The notes beneath the pieces are model-generated. The model did not search any database. It saw only the letters and a list, made by a program, of their open reading frames with translations, and had not been told where the DNA came from. Source: an uncultured Spirochaetota bacterium (GTDB taxonomy: Bacteria > Spirochaetota > Spirochaetia > SZUA-6 > Fen-1364). From it: a stretch of 64,000 nt of DNA. Of the stretch, positions 1 to 9,189 are shown piece after piece. Position 1 is the stretch's first letter. Every line of letters begins with the position of its first letter. The position numbers and the translations under genes are program-made. The stretch covers positions 896,001 through 960,000 of the forward strand of contig CAWGAA010000001.1 of NCBI GenBank assembly GCA_963820525.1. Reading direction: 5' to 3'.

Positions 1-293
1 ATAGCGCCAATGGTCGATGCAGATAAAGCAAATGTTAAATAATTGAAAAAGCGATTAATGATGGAATTATCATGACTTGGAAATAATGGTACTCGAAGCA
101 CCTTAACACCATCAAGTATTTCCCGTTGTCTCCATCGAAGTTTATATCCAGGGAATATTCTGCCACTGGGATAATTAGGAAAACCTGTTATCGCGACAAC
201 ATGATGCCCCTTACTTACAAGCGATTTTGCGAGCAAATGTATTCGAGTTTCATTTTCTGGAGGATACCATTGAGATAAAATGATTATTTTCAT
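1..293 (-). CDS. wbuB: GT4 glycosyltransferase, WbuB-like (putative L-FucNAc transferase); 5' part only, runs off the window edge
   Basis: Manual translation from ATG at 293 gives MKIIILSQWYPPENETRIHLLAKSLVSKGHHVVAITGFPNYPSGRIFPGY..., with the WbuB-type 'YPPE' and 'TGFPNYP.G' motifs. fnlABC lie in the same operon. Confidence 0.8.
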   Translation of the reverse strand, partial: MKIIILSQWYPPENETRIHLLAKSLVSKGHHVVAITGFPNYPSGRIFPGYKLRWRQREILDGVKVLRVPLFPSHDNSIINRFFNYLTFALSASTIGA

Positions 294-540
294 AGCCTAG
301 GTGATGAACCTTTATATATTCCTACCAGAACAATCATCAGGAAAGGCTAGAGTTATATAGATTGCTTTCATAATGAACCATCTCCTTCTCTATTATCTCT
401 GTTAAGCGTTCACCGCGAGCGGTAAGATAATTGAAAGTTTAGGTGAAATGGCAAGGGGAAGTTCTTGTGCATAAAGGGGCCCAAGTCACGGAAATTAACC
501 CGGATTTCTCATACTTCTACTATTAAAAAGCCTTTCGCCC

Positions 541-549
541 TGGTATAAT
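541..549 (+). promoter_or_regulatory. Extended -10 promoter (TGgTATAAT), probably the original IS1380 transposase promoter
   Basis: TGnTATAAT inside the IS1380 left end; 44 nt from the transposase ATG once the IS1634 is excised in silico. Confidence 0.55.
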
Positions 550-965
550 TGCTTTGCTACAAACAATATACGCCAGACCCATCTTCGACACTTTGAAAAA
601 TGAAATGTTTACCCTATAAGGAATTAGAAGACACGGAAATTCTGTTGGCACTACAGATCAACTTCCTCCGTGGTAGCTCTTATTCGCGAACCGTCTGCGG
701 CACTGCGACACCCGCGGCCTGCAATACTGTGTGGCACACCCCCCGCAGGTCGGTGCGCAGATACAGCTTTTTGCCATGCATTTCTACTTCCACTTCCTGA
801 AGTGCTCGAAGGTCCCTATTGATATCCGCCCACTCCAGCTTGTCCCCTTGCTTCTCAAGTCTGGTTTCCAGCTCTTTTCGAAGAACCAAGGCGAGGAAAC
901 TACAGAACACGTGCCCCCGGATGGTGTCGTCAACTTTGTGATAGATACAGCTTGTCGGGTAATTG

Positions 966-1352
966 TTAGCTCTCCGGAGCCCGCTTACCGTGGATACGCG
1001 GGGTTGGCGTCTTTCTCGCGGGGGACGGTAGCTTTTTAAGAAGGCGATCGGTGACGCGCAACGACATCCTCTCCATTTGAGCGATGATTCTGTCCAGTTC
1101 GCGGCCGGTGGCAACCCAGACGGCGAGAAGGTCGGCCTGTTCGCGCGTCAGGCGGACTGTGACGGTTTTTCCATCCACCTTGCGGGTCCACTGGTAGTAG
1201 GGACCGTGAAGGCGGGGCGGAGAAGCTTGGCAGGCGCAGCCGGGCTTGCCGCAGGCCATGAAGCGTTTCAGCAAGGTGCCACGGCGGAAATAGCCGACTC
1301 GGCTGAGGGCGCGCTGGAGCTGCTGGTAGTTTTGCGGAAGATCGGTTTTCAT
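966..1352 (-). CDS. DUF6788-like small basic protein (128 aa), IS passenger gene
   Basis: MKTDLPQNYQQLQRALSRVGYFRRGTLLKRFMACGKPGCACQASPPRLHGPYYQWTRKVDGKTVTVRL... shows the RG..CGKPGC.C...HGPYY pattern. The stop codon is 1 bp from the left IR. Confidence 0.75.
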   Translation of the reverse strand: MKTDLPQNYQQLQRALSRVGYFRRGTLLKRFMACGKPGCACQASPPRLHGPYYQWTRKVDGKTVTVRLTREQADLLAVWVATGRELDRIIAQMERMSLRVTDRLLKKLPSPARKTPTPRIHGKRAPES

Positions 1353-1363
1353 AGAAATATATC

Positions 1364-1391
1364 TTGACAGAAAACTGTCTACAGTTATAAT
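1364..1391 (+). promoter_or_regulatory. Consensus sigma70 promoter with overlapping dyads
   Basis: TTGACA (1364-1369), 16-bp spacer, TATAAT (1386-1391); dyads gacag-aaaa-ctgtc and acagt-TATAAT-actgt. Confidence 0.75.
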
Positions 1392-1559
1392 ACTGTTAGA
1401 TATGTTGCCCGTCAAGCTTCCCCGGCGTTGGTTTTTCTCCCGGATCCTCGCTTCGATGTGCGTGTGCGTCTTTCTCGGCCTGGGCATCTTGATCTTCTCC
1501 AGCGCCCCCTCCATGGCAGCCGCCGATAGAGCAATCGTTCCCCAGGAGGTCACTCGTCC

Positions 1560-2951
1560 ATGCAAACCACTTCTGCCAGTGCCAAGCGCCAACCCGCTCT
1601 GATTCCCAGGTCTATGCGCCCGACCATCTCCATCGCGGAGGACCACAGGCTGGTCCAAATGACCGACACCCTGGACTGGACAGAAATGGAGGAGCAAGCC
1701 CAGCAGATACGATCCGCCAAGCTCAAGAACGCCGCTGGGCGGCCGCCGCACCTGCGCGCCTTGCTGGGAGCTATGCTGCTGATGGCCACCCGAAAGCTGA
1801 CATACCGGGAGGCCGAGGACTTGATCTGCTACTACGCCCCAGCGCGCTACTTGTGCGGGCTGACCGAAACGGAGTGGACCCCGGACTTCACCACCATCCA
1901 GGACTTCACCGAACTGATGGGCGAGCAGGGGATCAAGCTCATCAATCAATGCGTGGTGCAAATGGCGGTGAAACAAAAGTTGGCAGATCCCAAGACACTG
2001 GTGGCCGACACCACAGCGCAGGAAGCGGCGATCCCCTATCCCAACGAGATGGGGCTCATGGCCGGCTTTCTGACCTCGGTGGCTGCCGCAACCCGAAAAG
2101 TTGGCCGGGCGCTGAAGGGATTCGTGCAGGAGACGGTGAGTCAATTCGAGGCGGCCAAGAAGAAGGGGCGAGAGTACCGCCTGTTCGCCAAGACCAAGGA
2201 GAGCAAGGATCGGGTGATGGGGCAGATGATCGCCATCGTCAAGAAGCTCAACGAGCATCTGAGCAAGGCGCTGGGCGCCCCTGCCGCACAGTGGGAAAAG
2301 CTACGCAAGCATGCAATTGTGGCCAAAAGCAAGCTGGTTCAGTTGCAGGAAACGATGAGCAAACTGATCCCGCAGATCCGCTACTGGATTCGCACGGGCT
2401 GCGTGGCCAGCGGCAAGATCATCAGCCTGCATATCCCGCAGCTCTACAGCATCGTACGCGGCAAAGTGGGCAAATCGGTGGAGTTTGGGCTGAGCTGGGG
2501 CATCAGGCGACTGGCGGGGGGGTACCTGCTGGCCACGCTGGCCCCGAATCGCCGCGAGTTACAGGACACGAAGTTCGCGGTGCGAGCGGTCAAAGACCAC
2601 ATCGCGCTCTTTGGCAAGGCGCCGCTGGCTTATGCCTACGACCGTGGTGGATACAGCGCGGAGAATGTCTCCACCTTGAAGAAGTTGGGGGTCAAGGATG
2701 TGGGACTGGCCCCCCGTGGACGTACGCAGTGGTCGGTAAGCGGGCCGGTGCGCGACCGGCTGGTCAGAGAGAGGGCAATGGTGGAGGCGGGAATCGGCAC
2801 CATCAAGAGCCCGAGATACGGGTTCAATCGTCCAGCTGCTCGTTCGGAGGCCATGATGGGAGCGTGTGGGCAGCGCGCTGTGTTGGGATTCAACACCAAC
2901 AAGCTGATCCGCGAACTTGCCGGGCGAAAGGGGATGACGCTGAACGGCTAA
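1560..2951 (+). CDS. IS5-like DDE transposase (463 aa), apparently intact
   Basis: AGGAGG upstream of ATG 1560; N-terminal GRP..LRALLG region, then ADTT, SIVRGK.GK.VEFG, YDRGGYS and RAMVEAGIG.IK motifs (D-D-E). Confidence 0.85.
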   Translation: MQTTSASAKRQPALIPRSMRPTISIAEDHRLVQMTDTLDWTEMEEQAQQIRSAKLKNAAGRPPHLRALLGAMLLMATRKLTYREAEDLICYYAPARYLCGLTETEWTPDFTTIQDFTELMGEQGIKLINQCVVQMAVKQKLADPKTLVADTTAQEAAIPYPNEMGLMAGFLTSVAAATRKVGRALKGFVQETVSQFEAAKKKGREYRLFAKTKESKDRVMGQMIAIVKKLNEHLSKALGAPAAQWEKLRKHAIVAKSKLVQLQETMSKLIPQIRYWIRTGCVASGKIISLHIPQLYSIVRGKVGKSVEFGLSWGIRRLAGGYLLATLAPNRRELQDTKFAVRAVKDHIALFGKAPLAYAYDRGGYSAENVSTLKKLGVKDVGLAPRGRTQWSVSGPVRDRLVRERAMVEAGIGTIKSPRYGFNRPAARSEAMMGACGQRAVLGFNTNKLIRELAGRKGMTLNG

Positions 2952-4675
2952 CGGAATACGGGACGCCTGGTCACGAGACTGACAGTGCACCAGCGGGGTA
3001 CGCACACAAGACACACAGCGCACCGGAAGGCGCGACATAGGTCCGCGGCCCGTCGAACACCGAGCCAACGGGCGCCTGAATTACCCGACAAACTGTAGAT
3101 AGGGCGGGTCTCCAGAAGACTCTTGGCCGAACGGAATATCGATTCCACCATCCACAGCTGCTTGTACTTCAGTGCCACATCCGCGGCGGAAAATGCGGTG
3201 TTGGTGCGAAGCACCCACATGCCGTCGAAGAGTGCCTCCTCGGAGAGCTTGGCCTCGTCGACGGTGAAGTGCTCCTTTCCAGCGGACTTCAGGTATCGCC
3301 TGTAGCCCTTGTTGCCCACGAGACTCTTGTCCCCGCTTTTGAGCTTCTCTTTCAAAGACTCCACGATGGCCTTTCTGTCCGCGGCATCCTTTCGGGCCTG
3401 ATCCTCGTTGTAACACACGATGTAACGCCTATCCCCCACCCACTGCTCCCGCACCGATAGGGGGGAGGGATCCCCTGCCTTCTTCTTCTCTCCTGTGACT
3501 ACTTGGAACTTCTCAGAGGAAGGAAGCACTTCATCGCGCACCGTCTTGTCCTTGCGCATGCGCGCTCCAAGGATGTAGGACATGCCAAGCTCATCAGTTT
3601 CAAGTTTCTCGATCGTCTCTGCGCTTATCATCCCGCGGTCTGCCACCACGCACACCGAAGCGATTGCGAAGCGGCTCTTCAGTCGCTGGACCACAGGGAT
3701 GAGAGAACTGACATCGGTAAGATTGCCCGGCCACAGCTCGCAGCAAATCGGCCGCCCTGCCCCGTCCAGCACCGCGCCGACCACCATCTGTTTCAGGTCG
3801 GGTCTGTGGTCCTTGCTGTGCCCGTACTGTCCCAGGCTTTCTCCCCCTTGCCCCTCGAAGTACAGGCTCGTGGTGTCGAAGAACACCAGCTCCAACTCGC
3901 TGAACAGATCGCGGTTACGGCGAAAAAGCTCCTCTTCGATGAGGTCACTTTCGGCATCGCAGGCTTCGCGCATCATGGCCGAGCTGGATGCTCTGTTCTC
4001 CCAGCCAGCCCATGGCGCGGTAGAGGTGATGAAGCTCGATTCCCTCTGTCCCGCTGATCTGGAAATCCTCTTTCCAGCGCTCTGCCGCGCGGTCGCTTCC
4101 CGGATCGAAGAGGCGGTGCAGCACGGTGAGGAAGATCGCCCGTTCCAAGGAGAAGCGCCATGGGCGAGCGGCCACTTGGCCCTTTATCGCCTCTTTGATC
4201 CCCAACTGCTGCCACAATCGGTCGAAGAGAAGGGCGGGACCGATGGACAGTGTGCGGTGCGCTTGGATGGTGCCCTCGCGGTGAGCATCGATGATCGTTC
4301 GAATCGAGGAGAACTTCGCCAGCGATCGGGTGAGGGCATCGATCTTGCCTGATGCGGCGAGTGCATCCAGTTGGCCGAGGGTGGTGAGGACACGTTGTTT
4401 GACCTTTTTGCCCTCACGCTTGCTTTCAACGATCTGAAGGTACTTGTATCCGTGCGAGTTCTTGATGCGGACGAACATTGCCTGCCCCCCTCTACGGATA
4501 CTACCATGAAGAGGCCATCTATGCAAGCATTTTCTTCATAAACTGCCAATTCGGTGGCACTACATAAAGCGGTCCGGTTGTAAAAAAACCTTCAAATTCC
4601 CTGCAAATTCGAGGGGTACGGCTTCCTGGAGACGCTCAAAGTGTCGAAGATGGGCCAGAGCAGAAAGGCATCACG

Positions 4676-6091
4676 ATGCAAACAGACTGTAGCTCGAATC
4701 TCCTCGGCTTTCAAGACCTGGGGCAGAAAAAAGTCATCGCTGATTTTAACGGTGGAACGATCAGCTCCGATGCGGGAGGATTGCTCCTTCGTGAAGTTGC
4801 CGTTGCATCCGACTACCTTCGCTACTTCGCTGCCTGCTTCCACGATTATCGTAATCAACGGTTTGTTGAGCACAGCGTGCAGGAATTAATCAGCCAGAAA
4901 GTCATGGGGCTATGCCTCGGCTATGAAGACGTCAATGATCATGATTTCTTACGCCACGATCCCCTATTCGCCACCCTGTGTGGAAAGCTGGATCCCAGCG
5001 GGCAGGATAGAGTACATCAGCGTGACAAGGGCAAGGCATGCGCGGGCAAAAGTACTCTCAATCGCCTGGAGACCTGCGAAGGGCTTTTCCATATAACAGC
5101 CACGAAGAAAATAGAGGCTTTGCCGGAGAAGATCGAGAAGTTCTTCGTGAAATCATTTCTTAATAGCTACCCAGGACGGCCGAAGGAAATCGTGTTGGAT
5201 CTGGATGTGACGGATAACGAGCTTCACGGAAAGCAGGAGGGGCGATTCTTCCATGGGTATTACGACTGCTACTGCTACCTGCCTTTGTATATCTATTGCG
5301 GTGACTACCTTCTGTGCGCGAAGCTTCGAAAGGCGGACGTCGATCCCGCAAAGGGAGTGACAACGGAACTGAAGCGCATCGTGGGCATGATTCGCGCTCG
5401 CTGGAAACATACTCGCATCATCGTGCGCGCCGACAGTGGTTTCTGCCGGGAAGAGCTCCTCGCGTGGTGCGAGGCCAACGGGGTCTTTTATGTCATTGGC
5501 CTGAAAAGAAATACAAGACTGATCGCTCGGATCAGGAAACAACTTCGCCAGGCGTGTGCAGAGCATGTACACACGGGGAAGCCGGCCCGACGGTTCAGCA
5601 GCTTCTGGTATCGAACTAAAAAAAGCTGGAGCAGGAGACGGCGGATCATCGCCAAGGCGGAGTACACCGAGGGTAAGGAGAATCCGAGATTTGTGGTGAG
5701 CGATCTCCCCTCTGAGATGTACGATCCCCGGGCGCTGTACGAGGATCTGTACTGTGCCCGTGGGGAGATGGAGAACCGCATCAAGGAGCAACAGTTGTAC
5801 CTGTTCGCGGATCGGAGTTCCTGTTCGTTGATGAAGGCGAATCAGCTTCGGTTGTGGCTTTCTGCTGTAGCCCAGCTTTTGATGAGCGAGCTTCGCCGTC
5901 GTGCGCTGCGGGGGACCGAGCTTGCGAATGCGACTTTCCAGACTATACGGTTGACTCTTTTCAAAGTGGGAGCTCAGGTACGGATCAGTGTCCGCCGTGT
6001 CGTAGTCAACATCTCAACGGGTTATCCGCATCGCGAGCTATTCATTGCAGCGTACCGTGCTCTTCATTCCTCGAATCCGTTGCTCTGTTGA
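4676..6091 (+). CDS. IS1380-family transposase (471 aa), open frame
   Basis: FNGGTISSDAGGLLL, GYEDVNDHD.LR.DP, LDLDVTD..LHG.QEG, RADSGF and YCARGEMENRIKEQQ motifs. Confidence 0.93.
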   Translation: MQTDCSSNLLGFQDLGQKKVIADFNGGTISSDAGGLLLREVAVASDYLRYFAACFHDYRNQRFVEHSVQELISQKVMGLCLGYEDVNDHDFLRHDPLFATLCGKLDPSGQDRVHQRDKGKACAGKSTLNRLETCEGLFHITATKKIEALPEKIEKFFVKSFLNSYPGRPKEIVLDLDVTDNELHGKQEGRFFHGYYDCYCYLPLYIYCGDYLLCAKLRKADVDPAKGVTTELKRIVGMIRARWKHTRIIVRADSGFCREELLAWCEANGVFYVIGLKRNTRLIARIRKQLRQACAEHVHTGKPARRFSSFWYRTKKSWSRRRRIIAKAEYTEGKENPRFVVSDLPSEMYDPRALYEDLYCARGEMENRIKEQQLYLFADRSSCSLMKANQLRLWLSAVAQLLMSELRRRALRGTELANATFQTIRLTLFKVGAQVRISVRRVVVNISTGYPHRELFIAAYRALHSSNPLLC

Positions 6092-6379
6092 ACGGTCCAC
6101 TCGATGACCAAGATAAAGCCGACTTGTTTTAGGATAGGTCTGTCCCAAATTGTCGAAAAAAATCAATCAACGTGCAATAAACGCAGATTTTCACATCGAA
6201 AAAGCTTCAATCGACGTGTAATGCGAATTCTGATCTCGATTTCTTATCAAAAGTTTATTGGGATTCATTTTCGCTCGATTTTTATCAAAACAGCAGATGG
6301 GGTATGAGAAATCCGGGTTAATGTATCAAATTAAAGTGATAAAGCCAGGACCGTGACGGAGGCCCCCTGTGGTTCCTTT

Positions 6380-7546
6380 CTATTCCTTATTTCTTCTAAT
6401 CATTTCATAAAACATATCTCTTGTCTTTTCCGCAGGCTTTTGTTTTTGAATAAACTCATTAGCTAGACTCATAGCTTCTTTTCTTAGCTCGATAACATCT
6501 TCTTCACTGAATAATACGAATCTTTCTATGTATTTTACGAAAAGTTCTTCATTATTTAGGGACACTGCCATACAAGAACCTTTAGCGCTTTGCTGCCATG
6601 GCGTTTTATCACTTATAAGAACGGGAGTACCCGCGTTTAAGGATTCATAAATCACGTGGCCGAAATTCTCGCTTCTTGTTGGTAAGAACATAAAATCATA
6701 TTCGGCAAGCACATCTGCAGCTTTTTCATGAAGAATTCTACCACAGTATTTAGCATTAATGTTCTTCGGTAGATTTTTCATTATCTTATCACACTCACCC
6801 CAATATTTCTTATCGCTTATTGGTCCATAAATATCAAATATGACTTTAGTTTTCACTCTAGCAATAATGTTCAATGCATAATCCAAATTTTTCTTTGGTG
6901 AGATCCTGGAAAAGAATATTATTTTTATAGCCGAAACGGACGATTTTCTCCGTAATTGCAATTTATCAGTCCCTGCAGAAGGAATATTAGGTGCGACTCT
7001 GACATCATTCGCAATGCCTTTCATCACTTTTCTTATTTCCACAGCCTCATAATCGCTGGAAGCTTGCCAAATTAAATTGTCATATATACCCAATATTTTC
7101 ATTATACTAATGAATATAGTTTTCTTTGCTTTCTTTATTGAAATTGCACCATCTGAAAGCTCTCCGCGTGGTGCAATTATAATCGGCTTTCTCACCTTCT
7201 TTAAACACCAAAGCGTGATTAGCGGTCCCAACGTAAATGATGTGTCGAAAAAGCTATTTAAATAGACTATATCATGCTCTATTTCTTTTAAAAGTAAGAA
7301 GAAACTTAGTATTTTCCATCTTTTATGAGACATATATAATACTGATGCGCCATTCGTCTCGTTCCATTCATCTATTTCTATCCCTTTGTATGGACTAAAA
7401 TCCAATGCATCGCGATCAGATGTAATAATCTTAAAATCGAAATCTGATTTCAATGCATCAACAATGTTGGCGATCGTTCTCACGGGCCCGCCAGATTTAT
7501 CGCCCGGAAGATAATGATGTATAAATACAAGAATGATCGGTTTCAT
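6380..7546 (-). CDS. GT4 family glycosyltransferase
   Basis: YLPG.KSGGPVRTI N-terminus; SRISPKKNL and PTRSENFGHVIYESL (EX7E) motifs. Confidence 0.88.
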   Translation of the reverse strand: MKPIILVFIHHYLPGDKSGGPVRTIANIVDALKSDFDFKIITSDRDALDFSPYKGIEIDEWNETNGASVLYMSHKRWKILSFFLLLKEIEHDIVYLNSFFDTSFTLGPLITLWCLKKVRKPIIIAPRGELSDGAISIKKAKKTIFISIMKILGIYDNLIWQASSDYEAVEIRKVMKGIANDVRVAPNIPSAGTDKLQLRRKSSVSAIKIIFFSRISPKKNLDYALNIIARVKTKVIFDIYGPISDKKYWGECDKIMKNLPKNINAKYCGRILHEKAADVLAEYDFMFLPTRSENFGHVIYESLNAGTPVLISDKTPWQQSAKGSCMAVSLNNEELFVKYIERFVLFSEEDVIELRKEAMSLANEFIQKQKPAEKTRDMFYEMIRRNKE

Positions 7547-7945
7547 ATTACACCCCATATTATATTGCCGCAGTTCAAGTACCCATCTCTATTAAAGGTC
7601 TGCTGAGAAAGTCTCTGCCAATACTTTTTGACTATTTAGAATATTAGAGAATAAGGCTTTTAGCACTTTAGCCTTTATTCCTTGCAGCCCTCCCGCAACA
7701 TGTACTTTACATCATCTTTTGACAACAATTTATGACTTTTCTGTAGACCCTATTTGGCCACAATTGCGTTATTATTTCAGGTTTATAAAGTATATATTCT
7801 TTCTTTTAGATTACTATCAACCACCCAGAAGCAACCTGCCGGTATAGAAAAGAGCGGCTTAAAAATAATACTAATTGCTTGTCTTCCTGTTTCTTCTTGT
7901 AATTATATGATTCTTGATTGTTCCTTTTGCACATTTCCTCTGTTC

Positions 7946-9187
7946 TTAGCGGTGCCCTTTGCATATTATTTCCAAAAACTCTGCAATTCGTTTAGCTTGT
8001 GAATTCCATGTTTTTTTTCCGAGTATGAATTCTCGAGCCAAAGATCCCTTTGAGATTAATTCTTTCCTTGGCATTTCATCAATTTTTTTCAGCATTTCTG
8101 CAAGCCCGTCAGGCGTTTCGTCTTCTAAAAGATATACGTATGGTCCATATTCTTCTACAATATTCGCTGCATTCGTTGAAATAACAGCGGTTCCAGATGC
8201 CAAATACTCCATAAGCTTTGATGGAAAGAAATATTTTGTATTTATTCTTCTTGTAAGCCTCATATTTATTAAAACATTTGCAGTTGTATAAAATTCTAGC
8301 ACGCTTTTATGATCGAGATATCCAAGATATCTTATTCGCTTATCCCGTAAAGCTGCAAGGCGAACCTCATTTTCAAGTACTCCACGGCCTGCTATGTATA
8401 AGCGGTACCTTTCCCCTTCCAATAAAGCAAATGCGGAAAGTATCTCACGTATTCCATTAGCTTCTTTGAGGCTTCCTGCTACAGCGATTTTCAGACCTTC
8501 TTCTTCTCGCTTTTCAGTTCTTCTCATTTTCAGGTATCCAGATTGATCATCTTCATTTACTCCCCCTTCTATCTGTACATAAGGAATCCTTGGAGCAAAA
8601 TCCTCAATAATTTTACTATTTATTACAACAAGTCCATCATATTTCTTTAAGATAATCTTGTGCTGCCAAAAATCCATCTTCCAATAAAGAGTCCGAGGAA
8701 CGGTTTGTCCAGGTACATTTATATCATAGATCATTCCGACTGCTTTTGCTCTTATGATCCGTTTTATTAATAGGATGAATATCCCCGGTGGAACTGTAAT
8801 ATTGAATGTATATATGATCTTCCAATCGCCATTCTTGATTGATAGAGCCCATTTTAATATAGCAATAGCTGCTACTACTCCAAGTGTGAGTTGTTTCAAT
8901 GGGGTGATATTAAGGAAGGGCATAATTTCTAATACAATACAATTGTTCATTAACATAGTTTTTCTCAAAAAGAATAATCTCCGTGTTGATGGATATGATG
9001 GAACAGGACGGACGCTAATTATTTTATCTATATGTATAGTTTCTTTATTAAGTGCACTTATCAGGCTGGATTGACAGAGATTGCCAGCTCTACTAAACGA
9101 TGAGTTTACATATTTTCTATTGTCAGGAACAACACTCCCGACAAACAGCATGTGTATAGTGTCTGATTGACTGTGAGTTCCCTTCAT
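7946..9187 (-). CDS. GT4-like glycosyltransferase
   Basis: AGSLKEANGI and FPSKLMEYLASGTAVIST C-terminal motifs; start codon uncertain (9187 chosen). Confidence 0.82.
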   Translation of the reverse strand: MKGTHSQSDTIHMLFVGSVVPDNRKYVNSSFSRAGNLCQSSLISALNKETIHIDKIISVRPVPSYPSTRRLFFLRKTMLMNNCIVLEIMPFLNITPLKQLTLGVVAAIAILKWALSIKNGDWKIIYTFNITVPPGIFILLIKRIIRAKAVGMIYDINVPGQTVPRTLYWKMDFWQHKIILKKYDGLVVINSKIIEDFAPRIPYVQIEGGVNEDDQSGYLKMRRTEKREEEGLKIAVAGSLKEANGIREILSAFALLEGERYRLYIAGRGVLENEVRLAALRDKRIRYLGYLDHKSVLEFYTTANVLINMRLTRRINTKYFFPSKLMEYLASGTAVISTNAANIVEEYGPYVYLLEDETPDGLAEMLKKIDEMPRKELISKGSLAREFILGKKTWNSQAKRIAEFLEIICKGHR

Positions 9188-9189
9188 GA

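Larger units (their letters stand above)
948..3095 (+). mobile_element. IS5-like (IS5/ISNCY-type) insertion sequence, 2148 bp, innermost layer
   Basis: 17-bp IRs cagcttgtcgggtaatt (948-964) and aattacccgacaaactg (3079-3095), 16/17 match; 6-bp direct repeat TAGATA at 942-947 and 3096-3101. Confidence 0.92.
680..4478 (-). pseudogene. IS1634-family DDE transposase, split by the inner IS and frameshifted near 3947
   Basis: N-terminus MFVRIKNSHGYKYLQIVES (ATG 4478), then FFDTTSLYFEG, GHSKDHRPD, VVADRGM, YKQLWMVE motifs. ...ETRPIY at ~3096 rejoins HKVDDTIRGHVFCSFLAL (941-680). An extra base at 3947 creates a stop between RCRK and DLIEE. Confidence 0.9.
578..4654 (-). mobile_element. IS1634-family insertion sequence (middle layer; 1923 bp once the inner IS and one TSD copy are removed)
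   Basis: Perfect 19-bp IRs cccatcttcgacactttga (578-596) and tcaaagtgtcgaagatggg (4636-4654); 5-bp direct repeat CCAGA at 573-577 and 4655-4659. Confidence 0.92.
499..6317 (+). mobile_element. IS1380-family insertion sequence (outermost layer; 1737 bp once the nested insertion and one TSD copy are removed)
   Basis: Perfect 16-bp terminal IRs cccggatttctcatac (499-514) and gtatgagaaatccggg (6302-6317), flanked by TTAA at 495-498 and 6318-6321. Encloses an IS1380-type transposase. Confidence 0.92.

Noticed and set aside
494..498. Extending the IS1380 IRs to 21 bp (attaa/ttaat)
   Set aside because: TTAA is palindromic and more simply read as the target duplication, consistent with CC-starting IS1380 ends; an empty-site sequence would settle it.
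966..2258. 430-aa minus-strand ORF
   Set aside because: Mostly the antisense shadow of the IS5-like transposase; only the last 128 codons (from ATG 1352) look like a real protein.
1853..3040. 395-aa alternative-frame ORF inside the transposase
   Set aside because: Arg/Gly-rich off-frame product typical of GC-rich DNA; no motifs.
3940..3960. Programmed frameshift in the IS1634 transposase
   Set aside because: No canonical slippery heptamer, and removing one base restores RCRK-DLIEE; a mutation or sequencing error is simpler.
7560..7945. ~390-bp gap in the operon with a ~42-codon minus-strand ORF (MCKRNNQESY...)
   Set aside because: Too short and without recognisable similarity; may be a gene remnant but cannot be supported.
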